DNA from: Octopus vulgaris
Lineage: Eukaryota
Reading direction: 5' to 3'
DNA length: 64,000 nucleotides
Assembly (NCBI GenBank): GCA_951406725.2
Contig: OX597820.1
Coordinates: 36,890,001-36,954,000, forward strand
A program made the translations under genes and the position numbers. The notes below the pieces were generated by a model. That model was not told where the DNA came from. It searched no databases and saw nothing but the letters and a program-made list of their open reading frames with translations. This document shows, piece by piece, positions 40,033-53,373 of this stretch (positions within the stretch are counted from its first letter, which is position 1; each line of letters begins with the position of its first letter).

Positions 40033-41673
40033 CATTATAATATGTTTAAATGATACTACTTGCATTGCAAATTAAGCCAAGTTGAAACTGATGCTAATTG
40101 CCATTGACAACTGCAGTTTGACAGGATGATGTTACAAACATTCATCTTTTTGCTGAAACTTTTACAATCTCTCCAAATGTATGAAATTCCAATGAATACA
40201 ATGGGAATGAGTGTTAGCAAGTTCCTACAAGAGTGAGTTGGTCTCCTGTCACAAATAATTGCAGTTGCATTTTATAGTACTACTACAAAACTCCAGCTAC
40301 CAAATGATGCTACAGGCTTTTCTCCTTATGGCTGGCTGGTTAATAAGAACTGGTTTCTTTAATATCATTACAACTTGATTGAGATTCAGGAATTGTCTCA
40401 TGATTGAAGAAATTGTACATGTTTCAGCTTTATTATAACCTCATATGTGAAGTATATTTTATAAGAAGTTCAAAACATTTTATATGCTATTGATATCCCT
40501 GAGTTATTTATTGCCTAAACATTTCTACTACTCTACACCAACCACTGTATAACCAAGTATATAGTATAAAGTTTGTGGTTTCGCCATCATGACATTAGCA
40601 TATACTGTGAAATCTGTACATTGCTGGTGAGGTGGTAATAGGCTTAAAACTCATTTAAAATAATATGATATTAGTCACTAGATATTGTTGTTCTTTCGTT
40701 TATTTAACAAGTTAATTATTTTTAAGGCTTGCTTTTCTCTTTTCCCCAACATTAAATATGTTAGTACTAACTTAACTTTCATAGTAATGGTATTCTGAGT
40801 GTTCATAACCTTACTAAAAACATTCTGTATTTTAATTCCACCAAAAGCTCCTGTTATTATTTTTATGTATGTGTATCTCATTACTATTATCCCTGCTTTA
40901 GAGTTTTGATAAATGTCTTTCCTATATAGACATTTTCTGATTTTTCTTTATTATTCTAACAGTTAATGTCTCTGGTCGAGTCCCTCCTCTCTAATAACTT
41001 TTCTGTTACCTTTTCATTGACTCTCTAATATTCTGTTTCAGGGTTTGTGGTAACATTGAGATGGTGACTGCAGATTCAAGATTTATAAAGAACTTTGTCA
41101 GATTTTGAAAACAGAATACAGACATCATCAAGAAACCTATTGATTGTTCTTTCATCATCATCATTTTACATCTGTTTTCCATGCAGGCATGGGTTGGACA
41201 GTTTGACAAGGGCTAGCTAGGCAGAAGACTACACCAGGTTTCACTGTTTTGGTAGTGTTTTCATGGCTGGATACCCTTACTAACACCAACCAGCGTTATA
41301 ACCTTGATTTTTTCGTGAAATTAAAATTTCAGCTGTAAACAGTTTATAATTGAGTTGTGGAACATGAAGATTTCATTGGTTTTGTTGGAAACTCTTTCAT
41401 ATCTGTATAGCTTGAGCACTGTAGTCAGTTTTCAAGTTGCTGAGTTTTAATTCCAAGATTGAATTCTAGCAAGAGAAACTGTCCCAATAAAATATCTTAA
41501 ATCTGTTTCTTTACAATTGAGACATCTACAGACTTCGTCAAATATCATGTTTTTTTTTCTCAGTAAGAGAAAATACATGGTAAATATTTATTGAAAAGTT
41601 TCAGAGAATTCAGCTTCTTTCAGTACACATTTGAAATTAAATAAAAAAAATTTTAAATATTTGTAAGAAAATC

Positions 41674-42858
41674 ATGGAGGATAAACTGGAGGAGAGCCAG
41701 GCATGTGAAAAACAACCTGAATCTGATAACATAACTAATCAGGAGTGTGTAGATGCACAGAAGAAACCATATCGTTTTGTCATTGGTAAGAAGACATTCT
41801 CACAACATAGTGACATTTGTGATAAAACCTTTTCTGAGAGAACCACTTTGACTAACTATAGACCTATTCATACTGATGAAAAGCAATATCATTGTAAGGT
41901 TTGTGGCAGAAGGTTCAGACAGTCTGGTCATTTGAGGAATCACAAAAATACTCACACAGGAGAGAAACCACAGCGCTGTGACATCTGTGGGGAATCATTC
42001 TCAGAGATGGGCAGTTTATCTCTTCACAAACGTATTCATACAGGAGAGAAACCATATCAGTGTGGTATTTGTGGTAGAAAATTCGCTCGAAGCTCTTATT
42101 TGAATAATCACAAATCAGTTCACACAAATGAAAAGCCACATCGTTGTGATGTCTGTGGGAAAGGATTCTCTATAAGAACTTCTTTGACTAGTCACAAACG
42201 TATTCACACTGGGGAAAAACCATACCATTGTGATATCTGTGGTAAAACTTTCTCTGGATATAATCCTTTCACTAATCACAGAAACCGTCACACAGGATAT
42301 AAACCATACCGCTGTGATGTTTGTGGTAAAACATTTACTACCAGTAGTGACCGAACTCATCACATACGCATCCACACAGGTGAGAAACCACACCACTGTG
42401 ATATATGTGGTAAAACATTCTCTCATAAGAACAGTTTAACTCTACATCTACGGATTCATACAGGTGAGAAGCCACACCACTGTGATATATGTGGTAAAAC
42501 ATTCACTCAAAGAGGTCATTTAAGAGTTCATATACGTGGGCATAAAGCTTACGCTGACTACCAAAGTTTAACTTATCACACACCTGTTCGTCATTGTGAT
42601 GTTTGTGGGAAGGCATTCACGCAGAGCACACAATTGACAATTCATCTACGTCGTCACACAGGTGAAAGACCATTTAGTTGTGATATTTGTGGTAAAGCAT
42701 TTTATGATAAGCAGGGTTTGTCTCGTCACATGCCTGTTCACACAGGTGTGAAACCATATCTTTGTGATATCTGTGATAAAACTTTCTCTACGAAAAAGGT
42801 TTTGATTAATCACAAGCAAAAAGCACATAAAAAGCAAACCATAAAACAAGAGAAATAG
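41674..42858 (+). CDS. ZNF-D: tandem C2H2 protein, 11 intact plus 2 broken fingers, 394 aa
   Basis: Intact ORF with in-frame deletions relative to ZNF-C. Confidence 0.88.
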   Translation: MEDKLEESQACEKQPESDNITNQECVDAQKKPYRFVIGKKTFSQHSDICDKTFSERTTLTNYRPIHTDEKQYHCKVCGRRFRQSGHLRNHKNTHTGEKPQRCDICGESFSEMGSLSLHKRIHTGEKPYQCGICGRKFARSSYLNNHKSVHTNEKPHRCDVCGKGFSIRTSLTSHKRIHTGEKPYHCDICGKTFSGYNPFTNHRNRHTGYKPYRCDVCGKTFTTSSDRTHHIRIHTGEKPHHCDICGKTFSHKNSLTLHLRIHTGEKPHHCDICGKTFTQRGHLRVHIRGHKAYADYQSLTYHTPVRHCDVCGKAFTQSTQLTIHLRRHTGERPFSCDICGKAFYDKQGLSRHMPVHTGVKPYLCDICDKTFSTKKVLINHKQKAHKKQTIKQEK

Positions 42859-43826
42859 TTGGAAGAACTTGTATAAATTAATATATTATGACACCACAAA
42901 GAAATTCCTGTAAAACGATGCAATGAAATTTTATGTTACAGAAAATTAATGAAAGCCATGCTTATATAATGTTACTTGAGTTATTTGAGATATTTTTTTT
43001 TGTAATATCTAGTAATTGAACTCAAGGGGGAAAAAAAGCTGTCCTAATACAATATCTTGAAATTGTTTCCTGTGACAGAAGTATTTACAGGCTTCATCAA
43101 ACATCACTTTTTGCCTCAAGAAAAAAAAATACCATTGATACTTCAGTGTTTATTTTGAAGTATCAGAAAAATTTATCAAATTTTTAAAACTTTTCTTACA
43201 AAATATAAAGGAATATATGGAGGTGAAACTTTATGTGAATCAGGTTTGTGATCAAGCACAGACTGAAACTAATGACATATCGAATATGTGTAGATCCACA
43301 GAAGAAATCATATCTCTTGAACATTAATAAGAAAACATTCACACAATCAAATGCCATATTGAAACAAAAAATGTTTCCGAAATGTTGGAAGAAGAAATAT
43401 ATTTACAGTAAAACAATTACTAAACTCTCTAAGAGTACTTTAACAAGTCAGAAAGTTTGTAAATGCTCAGTATGTGGTAAAATATTTTCTCAAAATTGCC
43501 ACATGACTAAACACAAGTGTATACACAGAAGCAAGAAAAAACACTATTGTGATATCTGTGGCAGAACCTTCTCTGAGAGCAGTACTTTGACTAATCATAA
43601 ACGTATTCATACTGGTGAAAAGCCATACCACTGTGCTATTTGCAGTATGGTCATTTGAGTAGACATAAATATACTTACTCAGGTGAGAAACCATATAACT
43701 GTGATATGTGTGGGAAATCATTCTCTCAGAGTGATAAATTTGCTATTCACAAACGTATTCACACAGGCGAAAAACCATATCAGTGTGGTATTTGTGCTAA
43801 AACATTTTCTCGAAGTTTTGATTTGA

Positions 43827-45338
<1,512 letters not shown>

Positions 45339-46214
45339 TATGTGGAAAAAAAATCTTTCAGAATGGTCATTTAACTCAGCATTTACGTGTTCAAACAGGT
45401 GAGAAACCATACCACTGTGATATTTGTGGTAAAACATTTTATGATAATCAGAGTTTAACTCGTCACATACCTGTTCACACAGGTGAGAAACCATATCATT
45501 GTGATATCTGTGATAAAACTTTCTCTAAGAAAAAGATTTTGACTAATCATAAGCAAAAAGCACATAAAAAGCAAACCATAAAACAAGAGAATAAGTTGGA
45601 AGAATTTGTACAAATTATTACTTCATGAAGTATAAAACATACAACAGAACTGTATTGAAAGTGGAGGAAGGTAGACAAGAGTCGTATGTTCATTCAACCA
45701 TAACATTTTTCTTCCAGAACTTTCTTCAACACAGTACTGGAACTGAATGTAAATTTACATATGTTTCTGTAACTAGCTTACAGAAAGTTTGTGTAAATAA
45801 CAAAGTTATAATGTTTTATAATTAAACTTTATATAAACCTCTTCATTGATTCAATTTGGTATAAAATTAATATCTGATGTGATCACACTGACATCTGTCA
45901 CTTTTTTGATGTTAAACAGTTGATAATTGTGACAGTTACTTTTGCCTCTGTGGATTAAAATTCCAATAATCTTGAAAAGCCATTTCATCAGCTCTTTCAG
46001 CCAAATATAGTTTGTGATTTTGGAAGAAGAGTGATTAATTATAAAAATCCAACATTAATTTAAATAGATTATTTGTAGGTTATTGTGTTCAAATTGTCAA
46101 ATATATTTGAAAAGACATAAATGAATGATATTTAGAACAGAGTAATGACAGGGAAGGAGAAATCTGACTCAATGGAATTAGTAGCATCTGTTTAAACATA
46201 ATTATAGCATAGCC

Positions 46215-47030
46215 ACTTATTCACTCAGGCCCTTGGCTCTTCCTAGGACACAGGCCATAATAATCTCTTTTCACTTACTCTTGTCCTAGGATATCCCCTC
46301 TAGTTTCCCCCCAGTTCCATCTTGATCTTCTCACTCTTCTTCAGGTTACATTGCAAGAAGTTCCTTGGGCTTCCTTTTATACCTTAATAATTGCCTACCA
46401 ACATTGTATTAAACATCTTATCCAATCCAGTGCCAACATTGTATTAAACATCTTATCCAATCCAGTGCCACTTCCTTCATAAAATAGGGGGTGTTGGTTT
46501 GCTTCCACAAGACTTTCTGATTCACTTGCTTTGAGGACATGACAACAATATCTTTGTGCCCACTGTAAAGCACTAATCCATCTGTTGAGAGTCTTTTTTG
46601 TCCTGCTTGAAGCCATCCTGTTTCACTCAATTTTAGGATGGCAAGGTTGCACCTCTTGCTCTGGCCAGCCATTTGTGCTGTTTTGCCTCTTTCATATGTT
46701 GTGATGTTCTGTGAAACAGTTGTAACTTTGTTCATGGCTTTCAGGAAAGGTATTGGCTGTGCAACATCCTATCAGCTTGATCTGCAATGCTTCATTCTCT
46801 CTTTGCAAGATCCATCTGATACCCAAGTCTGTGAAACCAACTTTTGATTCTTCTCTGACATTTCTGTAGTGAGTGTAGGTTTTTTTTATGGTGAGGCTGT
46901 TAACCCCATGCTAAACATCTAGCCTTTTAGTCTGGATTTTTTCCTTTGACCTTTCTAGTATGATTGAATCTACCAGGAAGCGAAAACTCCCTAACATAAC
47001 TCTCAAGGTCATATAAGTGCAAAAACTTAC
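46215..47030 (-). mobile_element. Internally deleted RTE LINE remnant (APE N-terminus joined to 3' end)
   Basis: TYERGKTAQMA..LAILKLSETGW..GQKRLST..VLYSGH resembles the RTE endonuclease start; shorter copy at ~19630-19965; 35 bp tandem duplication at 46398-46467. Confidence 0.65.
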
Positions 47031-49574
47031 CTAACACAGTAAGGTGACAATCCATGCGGGTGTATGGGATAGCATCTTGTTAAAAAATAACATGCTACAA
47101 ACCAGTGATTAACTTTATACTCAGAGCAGGATCCAAACCAAGCAATTAGCACCATAACTGAAATAGTTTTATGAAATGAGAAACATAAGGGTAACACAAG
47201 AGACTACCTAGAGATTAAACTGGATAAATGTCACACATACTATGCTAGGAGAATAAAAATAACTGTTTTACATCAATAGAATGTCATGGGTGAAGTGTAA
47301 AACAGTAATCCATGTGGACCATAATAAATGTTCTTGTGAGAAAATTGATTTGATTTTCTTTCAATTACCTAAATTTTATTTAAATATCTCATCATTAACT
47401 TAACTTACATTATTATGAAAATATGGCTGATGATTTGATACATGAATTAGTTTAGTTTTAAAAAATATCAATTCTTTCTTATGAAAGTTTTCCAAATGAT
47501 AATGTTGGAATTATGTCTTGTAATCTCTACACCATTTGAGAGTGAATGGTATAGGATGAATGTAGTTGTAAGCAATCAGTTGAGGGTGTAGCTGCAGTGA
47601 GCAATACAGAGATGGTTTGTAAGTCAGTTGACATAGCGGGAAAAGTTTACAGCTTCTTCAAAAATAGTTGATATGTTAAGATCATGAGGTTTGGGTTTGA
47701 TGCGCTTCAGATAAATTGTGTGCTAAAAAGATCCTAATGAACTGAAATTACCCCTCAAAATTTGAGATTCTCAGGAGGAGGGAATAAAAGATTTAAATCA
47801 AGTTGGGTTTTTTTTTGCATATTGTTTATTGCTTAGTCATACAAGATTGAGTTTGTAGAACACAAATTTGAAAAAAATCTGAAAATGCCAAAATCTAAAA
47901 TAGTTACGACTGGTGGAATAGTGTACTTCTATCAGAACTCCACCGACAGAGAAAATAGTAAGTTAATTGATCATTGGTGTATTGTTAAGTATGATGTTTC
48001 AGTATTTGTAGTGTACAGCACTACAACATTACATAAACAAGATCACTGAGGGTCCCAGAAAAAATATAACACTTTTTTGGGGTGATGTATTGATAGATCA
48101 CCTTTTTTCTAGCCAGAACCCCTAATATCCATATCTGTCAATGAATAATTGCCATAGTTGTATGAACAATGCTATAGCAGTGTCTGAAAATTGAATCATC
48201 ATCATCATCAGTTAAACTAGAGATACAATGGCGTATGCTATTTTTTATATTCTATGGCTTTTGTATTCAATAAAGAACCATAACTAGGAGAAGGAGATGC
48301 TCATTGAGGGACTAACATAACATGTTGTATACCCTGACATCAGTACGACTCAAATATACATTTCTGTTGTAGCAACTGTCATATGGTAAGCAAACAGCTG
48401 AGGTGCAAAACTCTAATTAAGGCAGAGTATTTTACTACACATCCAGAAGTATTTATATAAAATCCACTAAGCTTCAATAGGAGGAAATTGCCAGATAAAC
48501 CTTTATATTTACATACACACAGAAAGACATCATCAGAATTAAAAACCTTGGATATTCCGAACAGTGCAGCAAAAAAGTAACCTCAGATTCATCACCCTTA
48601 ATAACTGTTTCAACAGCCATTGCATATTGGACACCAGTCACGGTGGTAACTAGAAAAAGAAAAAAAATCGATAAAATATTAACTTCGTGAAGACATCATT
48701 ACCACCTGCCTACTTTTATTAGCGCCACACCAAAAGCTGTGTATAATATGGGAGGTTTTTCTGTCACAAACTGCATATCAGGTCGCACTCCAAAATGAAA
48801 GCTGAAATGAGATCCAGGTAACAAAGAAAGAATATCAGTGGGGAATATTTTGACAAGGTGGCAATAATAAATACTTCAGTGTCAACAGAATTTATAAATA
48901 GTTATTAAAACTGAACCTGGAACTTATATAGTTTCACAATTCATTTAACTGATTAGCTTTTGATTTGACTCTTCACTTTTTTTACATTTCCACCTCATAC
49001 TCATCTTTTGTTTTACTCACACCTACAATAGCTACTCATGTAGCTTCTGTAGTCATTTGAATTTTTAGAAATAGCAGCTAAATCCCCCTCAGAAAATTGT
49101 AAGTATCAAGTTACCCACCTCTAAGGCAATAGATTTTGATTTCTAGTTTGTGTTTAAACATTTCTTGCCACATAACCACCACACATAGAAGAGGCCAAGA
49201 AAGAGTGTCAGAGTTGTAAGTGCTACCTTTTGGGAGCAAAAATGAATAAAGTAACTAGCTTTTTTAATGTTACACATAGTCACATAATTCTTTATGCTCA
49301 ACAAGGAATTGCAGGAATACTGAAGCTGAGTAATGTCTTTCAGTAAGATCTCACCACTAGAGCACAGGTAATCATTTGTCTTAAGATTTGTACAGCTGCC
49401 TGTTTTATAATCCTAAAGCACACACTAATCTGACCCAGCAAATGTTAGATGTAGAAGAATGTACAGAAGCTGGGTTTCAATGATAAATGTCCCACATCTT
49501 GCTAGAAAGCAAGAAATTTATATCTTACATTAAAAGAATATCAAGATTGAAATGTTACAAATTGTGAAACAGTG

Positions 49575-49905
49575 AGGGTGAGCATGACCTCCTTCAGTCA
49601 TGAATGACCATGGGATTGCACCTAGAAAGTTACTCTCTGAGGCACAAGTCCAGGCAAGGTTATTTATGGAAGACCAACAGTTGCCCGTGCATACCAGTCT
49701 CCCCTCTCCACACCACCAATGCTATCCAATGGAAAGGCAAACACCGATACAGCTTGACACCAGTGATGTTACAACTCATTTCTACAGCTGAGTGAACTGG
49801 AGCAACATGAAATAAAGTGTCTTGCTCAAGAACATAACATGCAGCCTGGTCCAGGAATCGATCTCACAATCCGTAAGCTCGATGCTCTAACCATGTGCCT
49901 TCACT
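49575..49905 (-). mobile_element. tRNA-like SINE, reverse orientation
   Basis: GAAATAAAGTGTCTTGCTCAAGAACA..GGAATCGA..CTCTAACCA matches the fragment at ~23640-23700. Confidence 0.65.
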
Positions 49906-51059
49906 GTGAACAGTATATTTGCATTAAACACAATGGCATTGGGGAAGTGGGGTATTTTACTTTGATAAGGAATATAGAGTCCGAATGGATTTGGATGAAC
50001 AGAGTTGTAGTATAATTGCTTGAGGGTCTACATGTGGTCAACATAGACACGATCAGTAAATCAATTGACTTGACAGAACATTTATGACTTCAAATATTGT
50101 TATGTTTGTAGTGACATCATCTTGAGAGTCTTCAATACGCTTGTGCGGGGTTGGAATCTTCTAGAAGGCCTGCAGAAGTTCCCTCATGCACATGCGCTAA
50201 AAACTGGCAGAAAAAGTTGTTGCGTTCCTTGCTTGCGTCTGACTTGAGATGCAGACGTGTTTCACTAGCAGTTCGCTTACACTCCTGTCCCAGACGCATG
50301 GAATTGACCAGTTCTGTCGTTACTGGAGTTTCTGTGATGTTATTTTTACAAATGTCTAATTATCTCCAGTTTTGCTGTTTTAATTATCAAACCTGTATCT
50401 CCAAGATGTTCCAAGTTATATTATTGGCTTCAGAGAATGATTAACTCCAGATTTGCTGTTTATACACCAAACCGTGGTTGCTGACTGACCAAACGTACCT
50501 TTTAATATATAACAGAACAAACAGTGTTATATGATCGTTATTGCTGATTGTCCCTACCAATACGTTTTGTACATATACCCGAATAAAGAGTGTTATATTG
50601 TTCGGATGCTTTCTTGTTCCTTACATCAATATTTTTAGAAACAAAGAGAAAATTGTGTAGCACCCTTTTTTAACCTTAAGTCAGCCTTCATCAAGCAGAC
50701 CTATGATCAAGATTCCATTTTTGACCATTGCATTTTTCTTGATAACAAAATTAATTCAATTTGGGCCGTTATGGTAAGCGTGTGTGCGTGTTATCAATAA
50801 TGTAACTATTTTTTATGCATGGATGATGTCTGCATAGTTTATTCTTTTTTTTTTATTGCAAATTTATCCAACATTTTTCTTCTGGAATTTATTGAGTATT
50901 TTTGAATAAAATGAAATTTTCTGGCATAATTTGAAAAAATTACTGGTAAGGACTGTTCCTACATTTGGTTAAAGTTTACATCTTCACCTGGAAATGAAAA
51001 TCCAAAAAATATACTGGAATGGGTGTAAAATTTACAAGATTCGAGTTTTTCCCTCATAA

Positions 51060-51202
51060 CTGTATGTGTGTGTATATATATATATATGTGTGTATGTGTG
51101 TGTGTGTATAAGTATATTTATATATATGTATGTATATAATATATGTGTATATATATATATAATATGTGTATCTATAAATATATATATGTATGGAGAGAGA
51201 GA
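51060..51202. repeat. Compound (TG/TA/GA)n microsatellite
   Basis: Direct inspection. Confidence 0.9.
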
Positions 51203-51867
51203 AAGTAATAAGGAGTGAATGAGAATAACGACAAAGCGTTAAAAAAGCATAAAAATAATTGAAAATGAAACAAAATTGAAGGCAAAACGCTAAAAATTAT
51301 TGAAAGTGGGTAGAAATAGATACTACGTAGAGTAGTAGTACTACGCTAGGGCATCTGCAGAAAGCTGAATGTGATTTCGGAATATAACGAGGTAAAATTC
51401 GGATGTTGGGAATTTTCTGAAAGTCCTCTCCCCACCTCAAGATTTTCCCCACAAATTACTTTATAATCATAATGTATGCAGTTTGAAAGGTGTTTCTATA
51501 AAATTTCATTGAAAAAAACTCATTTTCCTAAAAGTTAAGAGGGAAAAGCTCGGATCTTGTGAATTTTCCGAAGTCCTCTCCCCACCCTCCCATTGCTTTG
51601 CACGCATTTTCTTTTCGTATTCGTTTCCTTCCTATTGTTTTACACCCATTCCAGTTTGTTGGATTTTTTCGGAAGGTGGGGGTGGACTTTCATTTCTGGG
51701 TCAAAAACATTGAGTATTTTTAATAAAGTGAAATTTTTCAGAGATACCGGCATCAATTGAAAAAAAAAAAAAGAAGAAAAGAAAACCATCAGAGGTTAAT
51801 TTGTGAGTATGGCTGTTTGGTGTGCTATAACCCTGGAAATATTCAATTTTTAAAGAAGGTTATTGTG

Positions 51868-52087
51868 GTGTTGGCGGTCGGTGTTATGGGCCGTGATGAG
51901 CTACGTGGTGTTGGTGGAGAGGATGACAGATGAGGTGGGCGGAAGTAGGGCTTGAAGGGGCCGGCGAACGAGTGAAGGGCGCATGCGTGGCAGGAAGTAC
52001 GTGTGGTCAGCGAGGAAGCGTGGCGAATTTCGGCATAAACGGCAAAGCGACAGGTCGTGAGAGACCGTTAATTTCACCGAGGTAAGG
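51868..52087 (+). promoter_or_regulatory. CpG-rich promoter / first-exon candidate
   Basis: Only strongly GC/CpG-rich non-repeat patch; ETS-like GGCGGAAGT (51938) and CAGGAAGT (51991); NRF1-like GCGCATGCGT (51979); donor GAG|GTAAGG (GT at 52082). Confidence 0.65.
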
Positions 52088-52759
52088 CCTTTCTTATTTC
52101 TTTCTCTGTTGTCCTTTTCCTCCATCACACTACAGTTATTAATTTAACAAATTCCAAAAGGAAGAGGTTAAAATAGTCCTCATAAGTATTTTTTAAAAAA
52201 CAATTGTAGCCTACATCATGTAAACGAAACCGAGTCGCTTGAATTATTGGAACTCTTCTCACCTCAGTCCCTTCGAAAATAATTTTGCAACAAATTCGGA
52301 TATAATCGTAATCTACACCGTCTGAAACGTATTTGTGGAACGCTTCATTAAAAAAAAAATGCTATTTGTGTAGAAAAGTTATGACGAAACAAAGTCGGTA
52401 GGAGGGGGCACGCTGGTGTATTTATGCTATTTCTAGCTAGTTTTATAATGTTTCCTGCATTCATTCATTATTAAACGAAGCAGGTCTTTATAAACATACA
52501 GGGGATGAAAAATAACCTGATCTATAGAAATTTCCTTCTCATGCTTAAGGCAAAATTTAATTTTTATTAACTGAGATGGTGACAGCAATGGACATCGTTG
52601 AACCCGTGAATGCAGTTTACTCTACACAATCTTGCTTGATCTATCGGTAGGAGTTTTAAATGTAGAGAAAAATAGGTTAAACATGGAAAAATGCATCAGT
52701 AATTTTCAAAATTGAGCTAGTGGAAATAACTCAATCCTATGGCGAATTTAAATGAATGG

Positions 52760-52953
52760 AGTGAATATTGGTACAAGTCCGGCAATTTCGTGGACAAGTT
52801 GATTACATCAACCTCAGTGCTCAATTGGAACCTATTTTTTGGCGCCGAAAAGATGAAAGTCAACATTGGCGGAATTTGAACTCGGAATGTATAGACGGGC
52901 GAAATACCGCTAATAATTTTGCCCAGCATGCTAGCGATTCTGCCAGCTCACTG
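52760..52953 (-). mobile_element. tRNA-like SINE (family 1); the inverted-duplication breakpoint falls inside it
   Basis: Reverse complement of GTGAGCTGGCAGAATCGCTAGCATGCTGGGC...GTTCAAATTCCGCC; only the first ~32 nt survive in the left arm (39599-39630). Confidence 0.75.
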
Positions 52954-53177
52954 CATTAACTTGACTGAATATTGCTGTATTAAATGAAGTACGTCCCAAA
53001 TTCCTAATTGAAATTTCCCTTTATGTTGGGGAAACAAAGTATATCACTAACTGCAATCATTAGAGGCATACAAAAAGGATCGGAAAGATAATTTTTGAAG
53101 AATTTCATTAAAAATCTACCCATTTCTCTTAGCTAAATTTTATTTACGTTATTTCTACACTAACGTGCTTTCGCTAT

Positions 53178-53373
53178 TACGAAAGTGTGGCTGGTAATTC
53201 GAAGCATTAATTAGTTCAGGTTTAAAATACATCGTTTAGTTAGTGCTATATTATAAAGTGGAAGTTTACTAAATAATCGTGTCTAAATTGTCTCTTCAGA
53301 GCCACAAATCTGCTTATTTCTAAATATTATTACACCTAACAGTAAGAAAAAGAAATAAAGAAAACAGTAAGTT
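53178..53373 (+). promoter_or_regulatory. Conserved 5' non-coding module of ZNF-F
   Basis: TACGAAAGTGTGGCTG at 53178-53193; AGAAAACA|GTAAGTT (GT at 53367). Confidence 0.55.

Larger units (their letters stand above)
39631..43018 (+). repeat. Third copy of the ZNF-C/F unit (direct copy of ~57990-61295, inverted copy of ~30955-34356)
   Basis: Colinear match; shares derived indels with the ZNF-F copy. Confidence 0.92.

Noticed and set aside
49963-50624. Possible solo LTR (ends ..TTCCTTACA, AATAAA at ~50582)
   Set aside because: 5' end ambiguous, no convincing TSD and no second copy in the window
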